NCBI GenBank assembly: GCA_020184695.1
Contig: JAANOX010000150.1
Span: 1 to 64,000, forward strand
Direction: 5' to 3'
Length of the DNA: 64,000 nucleotides
Source: Histomonas meleagridis 2922-C6/04-290x
Lineage: Eukaryota > Protista > Parabasalia
Made by a program: the position numbers and the translations under genes. Positions 9,213 to 19,385 of the stretch are shown here, piece by piece. The notes under the pieces were generated by a model, which worked only from the letters and a program-made list of their open reading frames with translations, was not told the origin of the DNA and did no database searches. The number at the start of each line of letters is the position of its first letter. Within the stretch, counting starts at the first letter, position 1.

Positions 9213-12194
9213 TCAACAATATTTAACTAATGAATTCACACAATATTCAATTATCGAGTCGACACCATTATCATTTTCATATCGAAATGGTAACTGTTCC
9301 AAATATTGCATGAAATATCTCTTTTGTAAATACACTAAAAATCGTTTATCTTTACATAAACTGATTAAAAACACAATGAAATTTGATGCCGCGTTAAACG
9401 ATGTTTCACTTTTATATAAATATTTCAAAATCGTGTTACAAAATTCGATATTAACGTCGAACTTTTGCATCAAATTTATCATTTTTAATACCAATTTACC
9501 AATTGATTTACAAATTTCTTCATCATTTTCATTAATTTTTTCGATTGTAATCTTCCAAAACTTATCATTAATTATCTTATTAAACAAATCTTCATTAAAT
9601 GATCTCATTATTTTTAATGAAGATAAAACATATTTCTTATCTTTGTTTTCAAGACCTTTTTGTGTTAACTTCAACAATTTCTTAAAGTTAAAATCATTAT
9701 ATCTCTTAACTAAAGATGCTATAGTATGTGCAATTTCCATATCTTTAGTTTCCTTATATTTCATTATTAAGTTCTCCCAAACATTACGTCTTACTTCTTC
9801 ATCTTGACACATTGGGATTCGTTCTATTAAGAAAAGCGTTTGTGAAAATGCGTTTTCTGTTTCTAATCCATCAGTAATGAAATTCCATACTTCGTTATTA
9901 CTTAACATTGGTCTTAAAGTACTAACTCTTGCAACAATATGTAATAAAGGTAAAACGCTATCGAAACATTTATATTTGATACAATTCGATACTAAAAACT
10001 TATATATTATAATTCCCATCTTTTCATTAATGTCACATGTTTGACTTAATAACGAAATTGATATTAAATGTAAATGTTGTTGTAATGCACTACGTCCTTC
10101 AAGTTTAACTTCTTCTACATTTAACATCTTCTTAACTTCGTCAGGATTATCATCGCACATCTTTGATAATTGTTTCATGAATAAACTTAAAAATGTTAAT
10201 GATTGACATGATATTGGTATAAACTCTTTACGTGCACCAAATGCATTAACCATATAATTAAAGAAAGTGACTGAAAACTGTGGCTTTAATTGCTTGAAGA
10301 TCTTTAATGGTAATTCGATATTAATACGTTCAATGTTTGGCGTTATTAATGATTGTATGATTTCGATAATCGCGTGCGATTGATTTGATTGTAATAATGT
10401 ATCAATGATTGATTCAATGTCATCAATATGTGACGCAATTAACTTAAATGATGAAATTGCATACTGTGGTTGTGGATCAAGTAAATTTAATAATCCTTTG
10501 ATGATTTGGTCCAAATTTAATACATCTAAAAGATCATTTCGTACTAACATCGCTTTGAAGATATCAAATGCTGCTTCCTGAACAGGTATCGAATATAATT
10601 GACTAATAAGACGTAACATATCTTGAAAGAGTTGCGATGATAATGGATAATCATGTTTGTACAGTTGTTGTAATATAGTTAATGCTGTCGGATCTAATGG
10701 ATTAAGTGTGTGGACTTTAGTGAGAATGGAACTCTCTTCTTTTGCGGCTAAGTCATTGGCTTTCTTCATGATTTGAACGTGCTGTTGCTTGGTTCGTGAA
10801 ACCCATTTCTCAAATGCTTTCATGTCGGTGTCTTCAGTAAATTTGGCTAATCCATTTTCAAGTGATTCGCGGACTTTTTGCATCTTGGGACGCTTGTTTG
10901 GATCTTGTTTCCAACATTGACGAATTAGACGCGCCATACTTTTCGGCGTGTCATTTGGTATTGTTGGTCGAATCTTTTTTTCTAAAACAAGTGCGGCTAT
11001 TTGTACAGGACGAAGAAACTCTGAATATGGAATACCACCAGTAAGAAGTTCCCATAAAACTATGCCATATGAATATGTATCTGCTGACGTATCATATGGA
11101 GTAGTACTTGGCGCTAAAACTTCTGGAGCAGTCCATTGAACAGTACCAAGTTCAGTGGTCATCCTTGGGCCAGTAATACGAGATATACCAAAGTCACAAA
11201 TAATTGCATTCATATCATCATCAAGTAAAACATTTTGTGATTTGAAATCTCGATGAACAAAATGCATCGCAGCTAAATATTCAAGACCACGAGCCATACA
11301 CGTAGCAATTTTAAGCTTATCAACAGGTGTTAAAGGTTTCTTTTCTTTAGAATGAAGATTATCGAAAAGTGAACCGTTACCGATATAAGTCGTTGCAATA
11401 CAAAAAGGCGGGGTGACCGTTACACCAACAAAATTGAGAAGATTGGGGTGGTCCAATCTGAGGAGTGCATCAAGTTCTCGTTTAAGGCTAAGAACATTAC
11501 GCTCACCAAATTTTATTTGTTTAAGTTCTTTAACTGCAATCTCTTTGCCTGTTTTCTTGAATGTAGCAAGATTAACAGTAGCATATGCACCTTTTCCAAT
11601 TGGTTTAATAATTTCAAAATCTGAATGCTCAATAATACCAGTCCTAGATTGTTCTTTTCCAGTCGGTGGTGATTTTAATATTAATTTGATATCATCAAGT
11701 TTTTCATTTAAGGCATCTGCTATGGAAACTTTAAACTTAGATATCTTTGGAGCAATCAAATCATGAATTACTTTAATGTCAAGATAATGTGCATATGTTA
11801 AAGAAGTAGAAAATGTAAATGCAGAAATAAGAAGTGCAGTTGATTGAGTTGACCAAGCACTCCAAAGTAACGAAAGTTCATCGTATTGTTTAGATATGTT
11901 GTTCTGTAAAAGATAGGGTAGGAAATTTTGTTTTGTGTATTGAGAACAAAATGCAATAAATCCAGAACAAGTTACGAAAAAATCAAAAAGAATCTTTGAA
12001 TCACGTGTAGAAATGAATCCGCATTTATTCTTTTTGAAAGCTAAACGAAATGCATTTAAATTTGTCATGATAAGACTAATTTTATAACGCCCAAATGCTA
12101 CTGTAGGGGCCACCTTCTCCATGCATTTATATGCTTCACTTAAATATAAATTCCATTGTGCTGAATCTGTTGGAAGGTTTTTTAGTTCGTTCAT
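9213..12194 (-). CDS. TKL-family protein kinase with C-terminal helical/ARM-like region
   Basis: GKGAYATV, VAVKEL-like K, HRDFKSQN, DFG, GTVQWTAPE. Confidence 0.9.
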   Translation of the reverse strand: MNELKNLPTDSAQWNLYLSEAYKCMEKVAPTVAFGRYKISLIMTNLNAFRLAFKKNKCGFISTRDSKILFDFFVTCSGFIAFCSQYTKQNFLPYLLQNNISKQYDELSLLWSAWSTQSTALLISAFTFSTSLTYAHYLDIKVIHDLIAPKISKFKVSIADALNEKLDDIKLILKSPPTGKEQSRTGIIEHSDFEIIKPIGKGAYATVNLATFKKTGKEIAVKELKQIKFGERNVLSLKRELDALLRLDHPNLLNFVGVTVTPPFCIATTYIGNGSLFDNLHSKEKKPLTPVDKLKIATCMARGLEYLAAMHFVHRDFKSQNVLLDDDMNAIICDFGISRITGPRMTTELGTVQWTAPEVLAPSTTPYDTSADTYSYGIVLWELLTGGIPYSEFLRPVQIAALVLEKKIRPTIPNDTPKSMARLIRQCWKQDPNKRPKMQKVRESLENGLAKFTEDTDMKAFEKWVSRTKQQHVQIMKKANDLAAKEESSILTKVHTLNPLDPTALTILQQLYKHDYPLSSQLFQDMLRLISQLYSIPVQEAAFDIFKAMLVRNDLLDVLNLDQIIKGLLNLLDPQPQYAISSFKLIASHIDDIESIIDTLLQSNQSHAIIEIIQSLITPNIERINIELPLKIFKQLKPQFSVTFFNYMVNAFGARKEFIPISCQSLTFLSLFMKQLSKMCDDNPDEVKKMLNVEEVKLEGRSALQQHLHLISISLLSQTCDINEKMGIIIYKFLVSNCIKYKCFDSVLPLLHIVARVSTLRPMLSNNEVWNFITDGLETENAFSQTLFLIERIPMCQDEEVRRNVWENLIMKYKETKDMEIAHTIASLVKRYNDFNFKKLLKLTQKGLENKDKKYVLSSLKIMRSFNEDLFNKIINDKFWKITIEKINENDEEICKSIGKLVLKMINLMQKFDVNIEFCNTILKYLYKSETSFNAASNFIVFLISLCKDKRFLVYLQKRYFMQYLEQLPFRYENDNGVDSIIEYCVNSLVKYC

Positions 12195-12537
12195 TTTCTG
12201 TTATAAAATTGTCATAACGAGAGACCGTTAATAATAATATTTATATAATATTTATCTAGAAGGAAATGAATTTAAAATAAAAACAATGAAATTTGGAAAC
12301 AATAAAGACCATTTGCAAATGATTTCAGAGAAGATAAGAAATAATTTTGTAAAAGTAAATTTATTATATAATCAATGTTGTCAATAAGTGAACAATTAGA
12401 AACGTATACTGTAAGTTATCTCGAATATTGCAAATAATGCATTAAATGTAGAATTGATAAATTGTTATGAAATGCAATAATTAATCAATTTTAAAAAATT
12501 CGTTTAATTTCAATTGGAACAAACTTAGTCAAATTCA

Positions 12538-13896
12538 ATGAAAAGAAAGAACATTAAGAAAGAAAATCAGAAAAAAAATAAAAATACTGAAACTACTGAA
12601 GAAGAAAAGCCTAGTAGAACTACCACAATAAGGACAAGATCTTCAAGCACAAAAAAAAATTCATCAGAAAAAAAGACTCGAGATAGATCAAGTAGTACAC
12701 GTGAAGCACCAACGTCTGAGTCTTGTATGACAACAAGATCAAGAGCAAAGTCAAAGACTAAAAAATCATCAGATGAAATTGAAGATTACCCAAGTCCAAA
12801 GAAAGTCAAAAAAAAGGTGACAAAATCAAAACCAACACCTAAAACCAAAATTGAGTCACCAAAGTCAGAAGTTAAAACGCCCAAAGTATCCCTTTCACCA
12901 AAAAAGAAAGCAATATCAAAACCTAAAAAGACAGATTACACACTTTCAGAGTGCTTAACATACCTTAACACCGAAGAAGGAAGTATTCCACTTCCAGGGC
13001 GAGAAGACAAAATTGCGTTTGTTAATAATTTTATTGAACATGTATTTAATTCTGAACCACATTCTTTCAATCTCCTCTTTATTTCCGGTAGCCCAGGCAC
13101 TGGCAAGACAGCCACGCTCAAACATTGTTTACAAATTCTTCCCACACTACAACAAGTTCGTTTTGTTAATTGTAAAACAGATCCACCGCCATCGCCAATC
13201 ACCAAATCCACTCGTCCGAAGCCAATTCTTTTAATTCTTGACGAAGTTGAATCTCTTCCACATCTCAAAGAATTAATTTTAAATTGCAAACGTTTTAACT
13301 GTTCAATTATTGGAATCAGTAATGCGCATGACGACTCGATAGCGATTAGTGCGCAATCGATACAAACCAATGCTCAATCGATAATGTTTAATTCATATAC
13401 TACAACTGAGTTAAAGAATATTATCACTGAACGAATTGGAGGCTCATGTTCAAACATTAGTGAACAAGCGCTTTTGTATATATCGAAGAAAGTTGGGCAG
13501 AATCATGGCGACGCACGAAGTGTAATTTCGACATTAAATTATGTGTTAACAGAAGCTATTTCACGAGGAATGGAGCAACTCGACGTGAAAACAACAATGG
13601 AATTACTTGAAGAGCAAAATGAAGTTAATGAAAGCGATGAAATATTAAAAGAAATTCCAATCGTTGAACAAATTGCTTTAGTTTCGATATATAAAATGCC
13701 GGGTAAAAATTGGCGTGACGAATTTGTGAGACTGCTGAATGCGAAACATATTAAAGAAGATATTAATCCTGTTGATATATTCGATAGATTGGATGCTTAC
13801 GGATTTGTTATTGGCGGTGTGAAGAATCCGAAATGCAGATTGACTGTAAAACAGTTGAAAGAAGGATTGGACCCAATTGCAGCTTCTCTTGTTTAG
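12538..13896 (+). CDS. Cdc6/Orc1-like AAA+ ATPase
   Basis: Walker A GSPGTGKT preceded by LPGRE, Walker B LILDEVE, IIGISN, FNSYT..EL..II..RI, GDAR; basic disordered N-terminus. Confidence 0.8.
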   Translation: MKRKNIKKENQKKNKNTETTEEEKPSRTTTIRTRSSSTKKNSSEKKTRDRSSSTREAPTSESCMTTRSRAKSKTKKSSDEIEDYPSPKKVKKKVTKSKPTPKTKIESPKSEVKTPKVSLSPKKKAISKPKKTDYTLSECLTYLNTEEGSIPLPGREDKIAFVNNFIEHVFNSEPHSFNLLFISGSPGTGKTATLKHCLQILPTLQQVRFVNCKTDPPPSPITKSTRPKPILLILDEVESLPHLKELILNCKRFNCSIIGISNAHDDSIAISAQSIQTNAQSIMFNSYTTTELKNIITERIGGSCSNISEQALLYISKKVGQNHGDARSVISTLNYVLTEAISRGMEQLDVKTTMELLEEQNEVNESDEILKEIPIVEQIALVSIYKMPGKNWRDEFVRLLNAKHIKEDINPVDIFDRLDAYGFVIGGVKNPKCRLTVKQLKEGLDPIAASLV

Positions 13897-14025
13897 AGAA
13901 GAATTATAAATATTCATTAAATAAAAATTTTTTATATAGAAATTTAAGATCTTAATAATAAGAATTGATTTAACTTTCATATTATTTCAATTCCAATTTA
14001 TTCATTTGAAAACATTTTGCAAAAA

Positions 14026-14171
14026 ATATTAATCCTGTTGATATATTCGATAGATTGGATGCATACGGATTTGTTATTGGCGGTGTGAAGAATACAAAGT
14101 GCAGATTGACTGTAAAACAGTTGAAAGATGGATTGGACTCAATTGCAATCGAAATTTAAAATCTTAATAAT
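14026..14171 (+). repeat. Partial duplicate of the Cdc6-like 3' end
   Basis: 14026-14147 is a near-identical copy of 13760-13881, joined directly to a copy of 13939-13959 (14151-14171). Confidence 0.9.
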
Positions 14172-14739
14172 CATAAATAATTTATTATAGAAGAAATTTC
14201 TTCTATTATAATAACTTAATAAAATCAAGAAAGGAAATTAATATTAAAGTGATATTAATATCTATAAATTTAGATATTTTTACTATTAGATCTACTTCTT
14301 CTTAACTTTGTTCAAGATGTTTATGCATGAATTAGAATTGAAATTCCATTCGAAAAAAATTTAAAAATTATTATAAGTTCTTCGAGATAACGCTTTTTTC
14401 CACATATAACAAGTGGAATTTCATTTCCTCTATTTTTAATAATATTTGCACATAGAGATTATGCAAAATTAAACAAATTGGGTTCTAAAATCGTTTTTTA
14501 CAATTCACTAACAACGGGGAGAATGTATCACCAAAATAAAATGAACAAAAACTCTCTGTACCCTTTCATTAATTAATATTTTCATCACCTTTCAATGGAG
14601 AATGTGCGAGTATCATTGGCTGAATCTGGGAAAGTTTCTACTTTTCAAAACTACTCAAACTCACGAGAGGAATCGTATTTGCTGTTTGGAATTCGTTCAT
14701 TAAAATGAAATTATTTTCAAAAAAGTTCTTTAGAGAGTT

Positions 14740-17250
14740 TTATTTATTGTAGCCAATCATATATAACATAGAAGGTTCGACAAACCTCAAAATTCTTTGT
14801 TGTTTTTCTATGCACTCGATACATTTTGTGAAATTCCTTAAACAAAATGCTGCGCAAAACAACAAGTCGTATCTAAAAGTGTTCTGGAAGAGCACCGCCA
14901 AGTTTGTCAATTGTTGTCCGGTGCATTTTTCCATTGCATCGATTAATAAATCGAATTTTTCATCACCAAATTTTTCTCTATTTGCTTTTAATAATAATCG
15001 ACAAATCAAATTTTCCATCACGTCAATAGTTTCAGCGATTAAAGAAAAGTTTCTTTTTATCAAGTTATCTCTTAAGAAGTTCATAGCTTCTTCGTCAAGT
15101 TTCAATTTTAATTTCGGATCCAAATCATTAATTTCATTATCGAACACGTTTCCATATTTTTTACAGACATTTTTCACTACGAAAATATCGAATTTCGATT
15201 TAATGATTAAATCGATTGCATTAATAACATTTGTATAATCCAATAAAACAGAAGCAGAATGATATCTTTGTTTAAGAACGCAATTTTTATATAACTCATT
15301 ATAATCAAATGTTAAATTCTTTGTTAAATCTAATAAAACTTTCGCAAAAACATTATCTTCAATTGAAGGGAATCGTTCAATTAAATTAATGAATTGCGAA
15401 AACGTTTCTTTTGTTATATTCTTTCCAACTTTTATTAATATTTCTTCTCGTTTTTCATCAGATAATTGAGTTAAAATAGAAATTGCTGATGCAAGTGAAT
15501 CCTTTTTAATTGATTGGATAACAACTAAATGGATAAAACTTATGAACTCAAATGGCGCAATCGAAAACAATGAAAAGTTTTCAACACCAATAATGATACC
15601 ATGTTGTAAGTCATCATCCAAAAACAATTCATTATTATCAGCACCTAAAAGACGCCATTGTTCACCAAATAATAACAATGGCCATGAATTAGAACCTGTT
15701 TCTTGGAACCCGAAAACATCAGAAAAAACTTTTATTATATTCGAATGATATAATAAAAGTAATTTTCGATTTAATGTATGAATTGCAATTAATTCCGGAT
15801 TTAGAAATGCAACTCGTTTTATGATTGGCTTACCTAAATTACTTGTCGAAATAGGTTTCTCGGGATTATCCAAATGATAAAATGATAAACTATCTCTAAA
15901 AGCAACAAGTAATTTAGACCCAGAAATAGAAATCGAAATCACTTTTTCATTTAATGAAAATGAAAACAAAATTTCGATTTTTTCATTTTTAATAGTTAAG
16001 CCAACGATTTTATTAGCTTTATTACTATTATTTTCATTCGTAAGTATAACTAATGTATTATTAGACCATGCGAATCCAAATATTTTGGTGAATTCGACCA
16101 TTTTTAACCAATTTATATTTGGATTATTAACGATATCTTTTATTATCGTTGGATTCTTTATAAATTGTTGAATAGAATTCGTCGTTGAAGAAGAAGATAT
16201 TTTTTCATTAAATGGTAATATGTATAATCCTTTATTAGTCGAAACTGCTAATGATGATTCACCAAATAATGCAAATTTACCGATGCAATCATTCGGTAAC
16301 TTAATCGAATATAACATATCATGAAATGGTAACAAAATATTATTTAAAACAATTGGCGCAGAACAAAAGTTAGAAATAGTCGTGGATGAAGTAGCTAATA
16401 ACAAAAGATATATATCGGAATTACAAGTGAAAAACAAAATTTGTCCAAAATTATCAAAAATTACATTGGAAATTGTTCCGTTGTCAATAAGTGTATGTTT
16501 CGATATAACAGTCGAAAAATATGTTAATGTCATTGTACAACTCTCGAAAAAGACACACGTCGTTTGCACTGGTGACCATTGCGCTTTGGTACCATTTGTT
16601 GTTAAGTTACATATGAAATTAAGTGGAAATAAACGCCAAAGTTGCCATAAGCCTTTGGAAGTACGAAGATTAATATAGGTACAACTATAATCAACTGTAA
16701 AGTCTGTAACTGTCGGAAGCTCAAGAATTTGAAATGTGTTTTGTTTGATATGACCAAGTTGTCCATTTTCAAAAAGTATGAATAAACTATTACGAACACT
16801 TTTAGCTGTTTTGATGGGACATGGAATTTCTATCTTCTTCGTATGATAATGAATAAGATCAAATGATACATAATAAATTTCACCATTTGTCGTAAGTGAA
16901 AAAATATATTTACCTACCTTTTGGAAATAAACTATTGTAGATTTTGGATTGATTTGGAAATATTTTTCTGAAAGAATATATGTTTTTAAACTTATTTGAT
17001 AAATTCGATTATTTTTGGTAAGAACGACAAATGTTTTTTCATCAATAAATGCAACGTTTAGAAAATCTGGATAACCTTCTGAACTAATCGATGCTATTTG
17101 CTTTTGTTCATCGCCTTGAATTGAAAGAATTGAAATCATTGAGTTGGAAACAAAAAAAACTAAGTTTAACTTCGCATTAAATGATACACTATTTATGGAA
17201 TCCTTATGTGGGGATTCTAATTTTTGTGGAGGCGTGAAAACAAAAGACAT
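14740..17250 (-). CDS. Beta-propeller plus alpha-solenoid protein (possibly RIC1-like)
   Basis: 836-aa ORF; beta-strand-rich N-terminal two-thirds and helical C-terminus (LYKNC...ASVLL); the family name is tentative. Confidence 0.55.
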   Translation of the reverse strand: MSFVFTPPQKLESPHKDSINSVSFNAKLNLVFFVSNSMISILSIQGDEQKQIASISSEGYPDFLNVAFIDEKTFVVLTKNNRIYQISLKTYILSEKYFQINPKSTIVYFQKVGKYIFSLTTNGEIYYVSFDLIHYHTKKIEIPCPIKTAKSVRNSLFILFENGQLGHIKQNTFQILELPTVTDFTVDYSCTYINLRTSKGLWQLWRLFPLNFICNLTTNGTKAQWSPVQTTCVFFESCTMTLTYFSTVISKHTLIDNGTISNVIFDNFGQILFFTCNSDIYLLLLATSSTTISNFCSAPIVLNNILLPFHDMLYSIKLPNDCIGKFALFGESSLAVSTNKGLYILPFNEKISSSSTTNSIQQFIKNPTIIKDIVNNPNINWLKMVEFTKIFGFAWSNNTLVILTNENNSNKANKIVGLTIKNEKIEILFSFSLNEKVISISISGSKLLVAFRDSLSFYHLDNPEKPISTSNLGKPIIKRVAFLNPELIAIHTLNRKLLLLYHSNIIKVFSDVFGFQETGSNSWPLLLFGEQWRLLGADNNELFLDDDLQHGIIIGVENFSLFSIAPFEFISFIHLVVIQSIKKDSLASAISILTQLSDEKREEILIKVGKNITKETFSQFINLIERFPSIEDNVFAKVLLDLTKNLTFDYNELYKNCVLKQRYHSASVLLDYTNVINAIDLIIKSKFDIFVVKNVCKKYGNVFDNEINDLDPKLKLKLDEEAMNFLRDNLIKRNFSLIAETIDVMENLICRLLLKANREKFGDEKFDLLIDAMEKCTGQQLTNLAVLFQNTFRYDLLFCAAFCLRNFTKCIECIEKQQRILRFVEPSMLYMIGYNK

Positions 17251-17299
17251 TTGTTAAACGGGATTTGTTGTAAACGATTCAATTCCATGAAACCAAAAA

Positions 17300-18583
17300 A
17301 TGGATGTTGGGGTAAACGAAGGAACTCTTTGGTATTTAAACCCATTCAGTCAACATTGGGATCAAATTTATGTATCGGTTGAAAATTATAATGTTAACAT
17401 TTTTGATAAAACAGAAAATGGAAATCTTATTAATAACATTACTCTAAATAGAACAATGAAAATTGTTGTACCGAATCCTAATGAACCAATATTTTCTTTA
17501 CTCGATGGAAATCTTAAAGAATTATATAAATTTAAAGCAAAAGATGTTACAACAATGGAAGAATGGGTTATAACTTTTAGATCAGGTCTTTACATGCGCT
17601 CCTCTATTACAATTGATTCGTTTAATATTATTGCTGTAATTGGAAGAGGATTTTTCGGGAAAGTGATGCTTGTTGAATCTAAGGAAACAAAAGAATTATT
17701 TGCTATCAAGACAATTCACAAAAAACGACTCGTTGAAAAAAATCTTTATTGTACCGTTATTTCAGAACGAAATGTTTTAACACAAGCAAATCATCCATTC
17801 ATTGTAAAACTTCATTATGCATTTCAAACTTCATCAAAATTTTATATGGTAATAGATTACTGTCCCGGTGGAGAATTGTTTCATCGACTTTATAATGTTG
17901 GTTCTCTTCCAATTGAAGAATGCAAATTTTACATCGCACAAATTGCTTTAGCTTTAGATCATCTTCATTCAATTGGTTTTGTATACAATGATTTAAAGCC
18001 AGAAAATGTTCTGATTGATGCTGATGGTTATCTAAAACTTACAGATTTTGGTCTTGCGTCACAATTAAGCTCTAAACTTTCAACATGTGGGACAAAAGAA
18101 TATCTTGCTCCTGAAGTAATTCTTAGAAGACCTCGAACTTTTGCTGTTGATTGGTGGGCTCTTGGTATTTTATTCTGCGAAATGTACATTGGCGAATCAC
18201 CATTTTACAACGACGATAGCGATGTAATGTTCAGAAAAATCGTATCGGAGCCCATCAGATTTCCTAAAGGATTAGATAGATCTGCTGTAAGTTTAATCAT
18301 GGGTTTGTTAAACAAAAATCCATCACAAAGATATGACTTTAACAAAATTAAAGAACATCAATTCTTTTCTGAATTTAATTGGGATGATTTAATGCAAAGA
18401 AAAATAAAACCAGTGTACGTTCCAGAGCTCGCAAACCCATTCTCGTTATCTAACTTTGATAGTGAGTTTACACTGGAAGATCCAGTTGACTCATTTGCAA
18501 CACCAACCAGTACAGAGAATGTCATTAATTTTTCGTTTGATTCAGCTCGCTTTCCACAGCCAATACCTCCTGCCTATGATTAG
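17300..18583 (+). CDS. PH-domain AGC kinase (PKB/Akt-like)
   Basis: N-terminal PH-like region (MEEWVITF), GRGFFGKV, DLKPEN, DFG, CGTKEYLAPE, NFDSEFT turn motif. Confidence 0.9.
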   Translation: MDVGVNEGTLWYLNPFSQHWDQIYVSVENYNVNIFDKTENGNLINNITLNRTMKIVVPNPNEPIFSLLDGNLKELYKFKAKDVTTMEEWVITFRSGLYMRSSITIDSFNIIAVIGRGFFGKVMLVESKETKELFAIKTIHKKRLVEKNLYCTVISERNVLTQANHPFIVKLHYAFQTSSKFYMVIDYCPGGELFHRLYNVGSLPIEECKFYIAQIALALDHLHSIGFVYNDLKPENVLIDADGYLKLTDFGLASQLSSKLSTCGTKEYLAPEVILRRPRTFAVDWWALGILFCEMYIGESPFYNDDSDVMFRKIVSEPIRFPKGLDRSAVSLIMGLLNKNPSQRYDFNKIKEHQFFSEFNWDDLMQRKIKPVYVPELANPFSLSNFDSEFTLEDPVDSFATPTSTENVINFSFDSARFPQPIPPAYD

Positions 18584-18995
18584 AGATACAATTAAATTTA
18601 GAATTATTTTGGTTCAACTAAATTAGAAAATACTAATTGACTTCGGACCTTTTAGAATTATTAGAACCAATTGGCGCAAATCTTGGATATTATTCATGCT
18701 TGTAATAGATTTGAATGATTACATGGAATGCTAATGTTTTCCATCAACTCCTGTCATTACTAACAATAGTATATTATTATGTATTTAATGAAATTCCGAT
18801 CGCCCGTATATTGATCTCTTTTACACATGATAAATCATCATATAAGTGATGTTATATTTCCAAAATATTATTATTTAATGTGGATTGTGGAAATGATCAT
18901 TACGATTAATGAAGCATACATGGAATCAACGTGGTGTTGTTGTAACTCGTTATGAAGATGGTTGTTATGATATATCTCATAAATCCTCAAGGAAA

Positions 18996-19230
18996 TTATT
19001 CATCTTTGCTCTTTGTTTGCTCAAGAATACCTTTGTAAACGTGTGGAACAACAAATGCAAATGAAATTGTTACATTTTCAAGATGTTTGCTCAATTCTTC
19101 ATTATCTCGCAATCATAAAATGACGTGTTGAAATTCTTGTCACGCGCTGCATTTCCTACAAGTTCCAATTCAACTGCAAGATATTCAATAGTTGTTGTAA
19201 CAAGTTTTGGTGGAGAACGCAGAAAGTTTT
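18996..19230 (-). pseudogene. H2A: Degenerate histone H2A fragment
   Basis: Aligns by eye to 597-830; translates with indels as PPKLVTTTIEYLAVE-LELVGNAARD...RISTRHFM...DNEELSKHLENVTISFAFVVPHVYKGILEQTKSKDE*. Confidence 0.85.
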
Positions 19231-19385
19231 GGACATGTTTGGAATCACGTTAAATGTCTCTGAATTTTTTGTTTGCTTCATAAGTTACCAATGAATCAAT
19301 TTCACATGTTAAGGCTCAACTTCTTCAATTGAACAATAACAATAAAAAAAAAATCAAAATCAAAATTAAATTTACTAATTTGTTT

